Positions 57,386-64,000 of a DNA stretch of 64,000 nucleotides are shown here, piece by piece. The notes beneath the pieces are model-generated. The model was not told the DNA's origin, did no database searches, and saw only the letters and a program-made list of their open reading frames with translations. The position numbers and the translations under genes are program-made. The stretch is from Myxococcota bacterium. GTDB lineage: Bacteria; Myxococcota_A; SURF-8. Positions within the stretch are counted from its first letter, which is position 1. Every line of letters starts with the position of its first letter. Where the stretch lies: NCBI GenBank assembly GCA_965140415.1, contig OZ223209.1:5024001-5088000 (forward strand), in the 5' to 3' direction.

Positions 57386-59194
57386 ATGAACAAATTGGAT
57401 AGCAAACTGGAAAGCTGGATTGCGGAACGATTGTTCGACACCGTACCGATGAGCATCGCCGTAATCGATCGCGACTTCAACCTGGTTGCCGCCAACAGCG
57501 CTTTCGAAGACCTTTTCGGGCATTGGCGCGGCAAGAAGTGCCACGCAGTGTATAAAAGCCGCGATTCGGTCTGCCCGCACTGCAAAGGCTCCCTTGCCTT
57601 CCAGGATAAGCAGCCGCAAGTCAATGAGGAAGTCGGCTATAATAAGGACGGCAAACCGACCCGCTACATCAAATACACCATCCCCATCTTCGACGAACAG
57701 GACGAAGTACCGTTTCTAGTTGAAATGTCTACGGATATCACCGAGGCGGACCAGACGAGGCGTGAACTGCAACTGCTGTTCGATCAGGTTCCATGCAACA
57801 TCACGGTGCTTGACCGGAATTTGAAAGTCGTGCGCACCAACAACAAGATTCATCAGACTTTCGGTGAGGCTATTGGCAAGTTCTGCTATCAGGTCTTTAA
57901 AAATCGTGAAACCGAATGCGAGGATTGCCCCGCGCGGCGCTCCTTTGAAGATGGCGGCATCCACAGTGCACAATCCATGGTCTGTAATGCGCGCGGGCAG
58001 CAAATGCACTTGCACGTCACCAGCGCGCCACTGGAAAGTGTGGACCGGCAGGTGGACCAAGTTGTTGAAATGGCTGTGGATATTACCGAAAATGTGGCGC
58101 TTCAGGATGAATTGCGCATTGCCCATTCCTTTTTGGAAACCTTAATCGCCGCCTCCATCGACGGAGTCATCGCCGTAGATGAGAACATGAACGTAACCGT
58201 TTTCAATGCCGCAGCCAGAAAGCTCTGCCAGGTGGCGGACAATCATTTCGTCACTTCCGCCGAGTTGGAACGCATGTTTCCCGAAGGCTTTCTAAATCAA
58301 GTCCATGCCGGAGTCGGACACGTTTATCTGCCTGATACCGAAATCCGTACCATGCGTGGCGAGGCGCTACCGGTTCGGTTGACGGGAGTTCAACTGCTGG
58401 ATAATGAACGTTACCTGGGAATGGCCTTCAGCATTCAGAACCTGACGCGCATCAAACAGTTGGAAAAAGCCAACCTGGACGCCGAACGACTGGCGGCGGT
58501 GGGACAAACGGTGGCGGGCCTGGCCCACGGCGTCAAGAACCTGATCGCCGGGCTGGAAGGCGGCATGTATATGCTCAATACCGGAATCAAGCTGGGGCAG
58601 TCGGAACGCATCGTGCAGGGCTGGGATATTCTGGATCGGAACATCGGGCGCATCGGGATGTTCGTAAAAGCCTTTCTGGGGTTCTCAAAAGGGCGCGAAA
58701 TCCAGGTGGAAAGCTGCGATCCGGCGTCAATTGCGGAAGAAGTCGTCCAGCTCTACTCGGCCAACGCCGAACGCGCCGGGATCGAATTGAACTACAAGGT
58801 GATCGGACAGGTTAAACCGGCCAATCTGGATAAAGAGGGCATTCACGAATGCCTGACAAATCTGGTCGGTAACGCCATCGACGCCTGTCAGATGAGCGAC
58901 AAAAGCGGCTGCCATGTAACGATACAGGTGCGAGATCGCGGCAATACGTTGATTTACGAGGTCACCGACGACGGCATCGGAATGGATTACGAAGTCAAAC
59001 GCAAAGTCTTCACCACGTTCTTTACCAGCAAGGGACTAGGCGGAACCGGCTTGGGACTATTGACCACGCGTAAAATCGTTCAGGAGCATGGCGGACGGAT
59101 CGATGTCGAAAGCGAGTTGAATCAGGGAACGACGTTTCGTATCGTGCTGCGGCGCGAACGTCTGCCCAAACCGATAAAACAGTCACCGCCGTAA
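57386..59194 (+). CDS. Multi-PAS sensor histidine kinase
   Basis: Three PAS-like repeats, two with C-H/Y...CxxC motifs; AHGVKN, NAIDA, DDGIGM and GTGLGL. The ORF is open from 57269. Confidence 0.92.
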   Translation: MNKLDSKLESWIAERLFDTVPMSIAVIDRDFNLVAANSAFEDLFGHWRGKKCHAVYKSRDSVCPHCKGSLAFQDKQPQVNEEVGYNKDGKPTRYIKYTIPIFDEQDEVPFLVEMSTDITEADQTRRELQLLFDQVPCNITVLDRNLKVVRTNNKIHQTFGEAIGKFCYQVFKNRETECEDCPARRSFEDGGIHSAQSMVCNARGQQMHLHVTSAPLESVDRQVDQVVEMAVDITENVALQDELRIAHSFLETLIAASIDGVIAVDENMNVTVFNAAARKLCQVADNHFVTSAELERMFPEGFLNQVHAGVGHVYLPDTEIRTMRGEALPVRLTGVQLLDNERYLGMAFSIQNLTRIKQLEKANLDAERLAAVGQTVAGLAHGVKNLIAGLEGGMYMLNTGIKLGQSERIVQGWDILDRNIGRIGMFVKAFLGFSKGREIQVESCDPASIAEEVVQLYSANAERAGIELNYKVIGQVKPANLDKEGIHECLTNLVGNAIDACQMSDKSGCHVTIQVRDRGNTLIYEVTDDGIGMDYEVKRKVFTTFFTSKGLGGTGLGLLTTRKIVQEHGGRIDVESELNQGTTFRIVLRRERLPKPIKQSPP

Positions 59195-59213
59195 CGCCAA
59201 GGAGTCGCATACC

Positions 59214-60959
59214 ATGGCGCGCGACAAGCAATGGATGTTATTTCTGGGGGCCGGGAGCAACAGCCTGCATCTGATGGCACAGGGGTTGGCGCAGACACAG
59301 CGATTAAATGGCCTGCAAGTCATCAGCGCCGCCATGACGCCCTCGGAACTGCATCCCATGGCCAACGAGGTGATGACACAGCTAGGGATCGAGTTGCAGC
59401 ATTTTCCCTTATTGACCCCTTTGGATATCGAGCTGTTCCATTTCGATCTTGTCATCACCCTGGGCGACTTCGACCGCTCCTGCCAACCGAATCTTCCCGG
59501 CATGCCGCCCCATATTCATTGGAATATTCCCGAGCCAAACGCCGATGACCCAGCCCAGCGCCTGCTTCAATTCCAGCAGGCACGAGATCGTTTGAAGGAT
59601 AAAATCTCTGCCTTGTACGATCAGGGCTTTTTCGAGGCCTTGTTTACCACGCGACGAAACCTGGATCTGATTCTCGACAACATGATCGAGGGCGTCATGG
59701 CTCACACCACCAATCGCCGCATTTTCTATTTCAACCAGGCCGCCGAACGCATCACCGGGCATCGTCGCGAAGATCTGTTAGGCAAAGACTGCCACGATGT
59801 GTTTCCGGGTCGTTTTTGCGGCGGGCAGTGCGACTTCTGCGAAGGCGGGCAAACAGAGCGGGGAAAAGTAAACCGTAAAGAAGTGATGTTCACCTGTCCA
59901 AACGGAGAACGACGCTTATTGGAAATGGCGACCATGCCGCTTTCCGGCCTGGGAGGAATGAATGTCGGCGCGTTGATTTCCTTTAAAGACAACACCGAAC
60001 TGGCGGCACTGAAACTTCGGCTGAAGCATCATCATTCGCTGGGAGGTCTGATCGGCAAAGACCCGAAAATGCTGGCGCTTTTCGATCAGATCCGCGAAGT
60101 CGGAAAGGTCAACGTCCCGGTATTGATCGAAGGCGAAAGCGGCACAGGAAAAGAACTGGTAGCCAACGCCATCCACGATATCGGAGAGCGGGCAAACAAA
60201 CCTTTTGTGGCCATCAACTGCGGCGCCCTACCGGAAGGCATCTTGGAAAGCGAATTGTTCGGGCACGTGCGCGGAGCGTTTTCCGGCGCGGTGCAGAATA
60301 AAAAAGGTCGCTTTGAACTAGCCGACGGCGGCACGATCTTTCTGGATGAAGTCGGGGAACTGTCACCCGCCATGCAGGTAAAACTGCTTCGGGTGTTGCA
60401 GGAGCAACGATTCGAGCGCGTCGGTGGAGAACATTCGATTTCCGTGGACGTGCGCGTGATCAGCGCCACCAATCAGAAACTGCGCCGCATGATGGAAACC
60501 CGTCGCTTCCGGCGCGACTTGTTTTATCGGCTTTGCGTTGTGCCGATTACGCTGCCGCCGCTACGCGAGCGCCGCTTGGACATCCCGATGCTCGTCGAAC
60601 ATTTTTTGGAGCGCATCGCGACCGAAACCGAGCGCAGCATCCTGCGACCTTCCACCGAAGCGCTGGACCTGTTGACTCAATATCCCTGGCCTGGAAACGT
60701 GCGCGAATTACGCAACTCGATTGAATACGCCTATGTCAAGTGCCATGGCGACACCATCCACCCGGAGCATCTGCCACCGGAAATCACGCAGCAACATCAA
60801 CGCCCGGTCGTCAAGCCCGGTCCTGCTTTGAAATATGACAAGGAAGAGATCATACTGGCCCTGGCGCAGGCCGAAGGCAACAAGCAACAGGCAGCCAAGC
60901 GACTCGGCATCGGTCGCGCAACCCTGTATCGCTACTTGAAAACCTTTCGCCTTAGCTGA
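59214..60959 (+). CDS. Sigma54-dependent activator: ArsC/LMW-PTP-like domain + PAS + AAA+ + Fis HTH
   Basis: GESGTGKE, ESELFGHVRGAFSGA, FLDEVGE, DLFYRL, WPGNVREL and LGIGRATLYR. Confidence 0.93.
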   Translation: MARDKQWMLFLGAGSNSLHLMAQGLAQTQRLNGLQVISAAMTPSELHPMANEVMTQLGIELQHFPLLTPLDIELFHFDLVITLGDFDRSCQPNLPGMPPHIHWNIPEPNADDPAQRLLQFQQARDRLKDKISALYDQGFFEALFTTRRNLDLILDNMIEGVMAHTTNRRIFYFNQAAERITGHRREDLLGKDCHDVFPGRFCGGQCDFCEGGQTERGKVNRKEVMFTCPNGERRLLEMATMPLSGLGGMNVGALISFKDNTELAALKLRLKHHHSLGGLIGKDPKMLALFDQIREVGKVNVPVLIEGESGTGKELVANAIHDIGERANKPFVAINCGALPEGILESELFGHVRGAFSGAVQNKKGRFELADGGTIFLDEVGELSPAMQVKLLRVLQEQRFERVGGEHSISVDVRVISATNQKLRRMMETRRFRRDLFYRLCVVPITLPPLRERRLDIPMLVEHFLERIATETERSILRPSTEALDLLTQYPWPGNVRELRNSIEYAYVKCHGDTIHPEHLPPEITQQHQRPVVKPGPALKYDKEEIILALAQAEGNKQQAAKRLGIGRATLYRYLKTFRLS

Positions 60960-60982
60960 TTTCATCCGATTCCCAACCCGAC

Positions 60983-61230
60983 TGTCTCAAGTCTCACATT
61001 CTCTGCAATTGAAGCAACATGAGACAGTTTGAGACACTACGCCAAATGCGAAAATCCTCCTGATTTAATAAGTCTGTCACTTGCAGATATTTATAGAACA
61101 ACTTGAGACAGCCGTGCTCCATCTTGAGAATCCGAGACGCTTTTATTGTCAGCGTTCTGCACACAAATATGAGTTTTCAACCTGTTTCCAGCTACATACG
61201 TAATTTATAAAAACTGGTACGGCACTTGCT
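60983..61230 (+). promoter_or_regulatory. Sigma54 promoter (61215-61230) with repeated GTCTCA/TGAGAC candidate enhancer sites
   Basis: TGGTACGGCACTTGCT (GG-N10-GC); motifs at 60983, 60991, 61020, 61030 and 61104. Confidence 0.75.
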
Positions 61231-61268
61231 TTTACAAAGCCTGTCTCAGACGCAAAGGAATTGCCATC

Positions 61269-61523
61269 ATGTTTGCGGACCCCATAAATGAAGCTCTGAT
61301 GGATGTGCTCCGGCTCTGTCGGCAGATGCTGCAACTGGCCGAGCGTGGGGATGCGCTTCGCCGCGATGCGGGCTGCGGCGTGGTTTTTGGAACGCTGCGC
61401 GACGATGCCTACAAGGTGCGGCGGCTGGCGGAACGGGAGCTTGAAAAGCACGGTCATGCGAACCGGTCCATGGAACCGGCTCTTAACGATAAGCCCAACG
61501 ACACTAGAAAAAAGGAAGAGTAG
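61269..61523 (+). CDS. Small hypothetical helical protein (DAGCGVVFGTLRDDAYK motif)
   Basis: AAGGA Shine-Dalgarno; first gene after the sigma54 promoter. Confidence 0.7.
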   Translation: MFADPINEALMDVLRLCRQMLQLAERGDALRRDAGCGVVFGTLRDDAYKVRRLAERELEKHGHANRSMEPALNDKPNDTRKKEE

Positions 61524-61528
61524 CAGCC

Positions 61529-61909
61529 ATGAGCGAAAAGAAAAAAGTACTTCTGGTGGATGACGAACAGGATCTGCTGACCTTTTTATCCGCCCTGTTC
61601 ACCGATCACGGCTATCAGCCGGTCACGGCGCTGGATGGGTTGGAGTGCGTGCAAAAGGCGCGCAGTGAAAAACCAGATTTGATCACCCTGGATATGACGA
61701 TGCCCAAGCAATCCGGAGTCAAGACCTTTCGCGAATTGAAAGACGACCCGGAACTCAAAGACATTCCGGTGATCGTCATCACGGCTATCGGCGAGAACAT
61801 GGGCGACTTTTTAAAGGGTCGCCGCCAGATTCCGCCGCCGGAAGGCTTCATGTCCAAACCGATCGATCAGAAGGAACTGATGGAAATGGCCAAGCAGTTG
61901 CTGGGCTGA
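61529..61909 (+). CDS. Single-domain response regulator
   Basis: LLVDDE, PDLITLDMTMP, IPVIVITA and SKP. Confidence 0.92.
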   Translation: MSEKKKVLLVDDEQDLLTFLSALFTDHGYQPVTALDGLECVQKARSEKPDLITLDMTMPKQSGVKTFRELKDDPELKDIPVIVITAIGENMGDFLKGRRQIPPPEGFMSKPIDQKELMEMAKQLLG

Positions 61910-61964
61910 AACCACCGGATTTACATGCGCTTAGACCGCGCATGGTTGAAACAGGAGAAACCGC

Positions 61965-62927
61965 ATGTCCGTTCTCGTATACGTCATTGCTTACCTTGCC
62001 ATTGCCGTCTTCGGTATCGCCGTCGTCGTGCGCTTCGTCGATTACCTGAAAAAGCCCATTCACGTTCGCTGGGAACTGTATCCCGTGGCCCACGAAGGCA
62101 AACGCGCTGAATACGGCGGCGGCTATCTGGAAGAAGTGGACTGGTGGCAGAAGAAACGCGAAGTCTCGCACATCGGCGAGTTGAAAGTCATGATTCCCGA
62201 GATTCTGCTTTTAAAAGCGGTCTGGGAACACAATCGCCCGCTGTGGTTCGTGACCTATCCCTTTCACCTGGGACTGTATCTACTGATGGCCTTTATCGGC
62301 CTGTTGGGACTGGGTGCGATTTTGCAACTGGCCGGTGTATCGCTGGGTTCGGGAGCGGCTCCCGGCACGGTCATCACCAATCTGGCCGGACTGCTCGGAC
62401 CGCTGGGGTTCATTATCGCACTCATCGGCGCACTGGGACTGTTTTTCAGACGCCTGACCAATGAAGACATGCGAGCGTATTCCGGTTTCGGTCACTTCTT
62501 CAACCTGGCTGCCTTTATTCTGGCGACGGGACTGGCTATCGCCGTGTGGTTGTCGGTAGAGAACTACGCCGCACAGATGATGGGCTTTATGGCCGGGCTG
62601 TTAACCTTTGGCACGGCGGCAAGCGCAAAAGCTGTTGGAACTCAGCCGTTGTTCGCCGCGCACCTGATTGTCGCCTTTGTACTGATGGCTTACATCCCGC
62701 TTACGCACATGTCGCATTTCTTCATGAAATACTTCCTTTACCACGATATCCGCTGGGGAGATGAGCCCAATATCAATACGCCTCATACCGATGCCAAAAT
62801 TCAAACCGTGTTGAATTACCCGGTGTCCTGGGCGGCTGGCCATATCGCCGGACATGGTCGCACCACCTGGGCGGAGGTCGCCACGTTCAATCCTGCACGC
62901 GATGTCGAAGAAGGGAAGGAGAAATAA
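61965..62927 (+). CDS. DsrM/NarI-like membrane cytochrome b
   Basis: RWELYPVAHE, YPFHLGLY, AHL and YIPLTHMSHFFMKYF (heme-ligand His residues). Confidence 0.85.
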   Translation: MSVLVYVIAYLAIAVFGIAVVVRFVDYLKKPIHVRWELYPVAHEGKRAEYGGGYLEEVDWWQKKREVSHIGELKVMIPEILLLKAVWEHNRPLWFVTYPFHLGLYLLMAFIGLLGLGAILQLAGVSLGSGAAPGTVITNLAGLLGPLGFIIALIGALGLFFRRLTNEDMRAYSGFGHFFNLAAFILATGLAIAVWLSVENYAAQMMGFMAGLLTFGTAASAKAVGTQPLFAAHLIVAFVLMAYIPLTHMSHFFMKYFLYHDIRWGDEPNINTPHTDAKIQTVLNYPVSWAAGHIAGHGRTTWAEVATFNPARDVEEGKEK

Positions 62928-62928
62928 C

Positions 62929-64000
62929 ATGACCTCCAAATCCAGAAAAGCCAAGTTGAGCGATGTAAGCAAAGGCAATGAACCCTTAACCCACGTCGCC
63001 GTAGAAGATCTGATGCCTTTACCGGGCATGGAGGCGGAAAAAGACTGGACGCCGCTGAAAGACAACGTCAAACAGGACTATGCCTGTTTGCTGGACGACA
63101 CCTCCATTCTTCCGATTCCGCGTCCCAAAACGCCGGAAGAAGAGCAGGAAATGGTCCGGAAGTTTCTTTCCGGCATGGAAAAGCTGTTCACCAAGGAAAA
63201 CAACTGGACCTTCCTGGCTCAGCTAACCACAACGATGGAGCACTGCGCCAAATGCAACACCTGCTCGGATGCCTGTCATCTGTATGAGGCCAGCGGCAAA
63301 AACGAAGTCTACCGCCCGACCTTCCGCACGGAGGTTTTCCGGCGCATCTACAAAAAGTACGTCAAGAAAGAAACGATGGCAGACTGGCGCAACGGTCCCA
63401 TCGATCTGACCTGGCAGGCCGTGGCACGATTGGGTGAAATGGCCTACCGCTGCAACCTATGCCGTCGTTGTGCGCAAACCTGCCCCATCGGGGCGGACAA
63501 CGGCCTGGTGGCGCGCGAAATCCGCAAGATCTTCAGCCAGGAAATGGGCATTCAAACGCCGGAACTGCACGAAAAAGGCTCGATGCTGCAATTGAAAACC
63601 GGCTCCTCCACCAACATGAACTCTCTTGTCGTAAAGGACAACATGGAGTTCATCGACGAGGATATCAATGAAATCAGCGGCTTCAAGTACGAAACGCCTT
63701 GGGATGTGGAGGGCGCGGACATCCTGCTGATCCACAACGCCGGTGAAATTCTGGCCTGGCCGGAGAACGTCGGCGCGTTCGGCATCATTTTCGAAGCGGC
63801 AGGCTTGTCCTGGACGTTAAGCAGCGACTTAGCCGCCTACGACAGCATCAACTACGGTGTTTTCTACGACGACGTTCAGTTCGCCCGCACGGCGATCCTA
63901 CAGGCGCAGGCAGCGGAGAAACTGGGAGTAAAGAAAATCGTGCTCGGCGAATGCGGCCACGCACACAAGGCATTGACCGTCATTGCCGACCGCGTGCTGC
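62929..64000 (+). CDS. DsrK/HdrD-like Fe-S oxidoreductase (truncated by the window end)
   Basis: Hand translation from ATG 62929 gives CAKCNTCSDACH, CNLCRRCAQTCP and LGECGHA. Absent from the ORF track because no stop falls inside the window. Confidence 0.88.
   Translation, partial: MTSKSRKAKLSDVSKGNEPLTHVAVEDLMPLPGMEAEKDWTPLKDNVKQDYACLLDDTSILPIPRPKTPEEEQEMVRKFLSGMEKLFTKENNWTFLAQLTTTMEHCAKCNTCSDACHLYEASGKNEVYRPTFRTEVFRRIYKKYVKKETMADWRNGPIDLTWQAVARLGEMAYRCNLCRRCAQTCPIGADNGLVAREIRKIFSQEMGIQTPELHEKGSMLQLKTGSSTNMNSLVVKDNMEFIDEDINEISGFKYETPWDVEGADILLIHNAGEILAWPENVGAFGIIFEAAGLSWTLSSDLAAYDSINYGVFYDDVQFARTAILQAQAAEKLGVKKIVLGECGHAHKALTVIADRVL

Noticed and set aside
61965-64000. Proof of dissimilatory sulfate reduction
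   Set aside because: DsrMK-like pairs also occur in non-sulfate reducers, and dsrAB, dsrC, apr and sat are not in this window.

Overview
Chromosomal window from a probably anaerobic, Gram-negative, deltaproteobacteria-like bacterium (Myxococcota/Desulfobacterota-type gene content; this is an inference). Recognisable genes include mreB, a PAS kinase/receiver pair, a 2-oxoacid:ferredoxin oxidoreductase (Vor-like) operon, a MocR regulator with ilvE, an atypical rnfCDGEAB operon, a divergent 19-heme cytochrome c, several outer-membrane proteins, an orphan PilB/GspE ATPase, a nucleotide-sugar dehydrogenase, mtnA, a TonB-dependent receptor and Hsp20. It also holds an organoarsenical resistance cluster (arsR-arsM-arsP-MFS-arsEFG-like) and a sigma54-driven dsrMK-like operon that is cut by the window end. 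No rRNA, tRNA, CRISPR array or transposase was seen. Most notable observations: (1) an ORF-poor 1.75-kb region with a sigma54 promoter followed by a ~600-nt densely base-paired candidate RNA that carries a 29-aa amphipathic sORF; (2) an Rnf variant with degenerate RnfC and RnfD flavin sites and RnfB fused to a GltD/NfnB-like flavoprotein; (3) a sigma54 activator whose input domain is a catalytically degenerate ArsC fold; (4) five unrelated lipoproteins sharing DGD motifs or repeats; (5) REP-doublet and MITE-like small mobile elements. All calls come from reading motifs by eye; no searches or folding programs were run.
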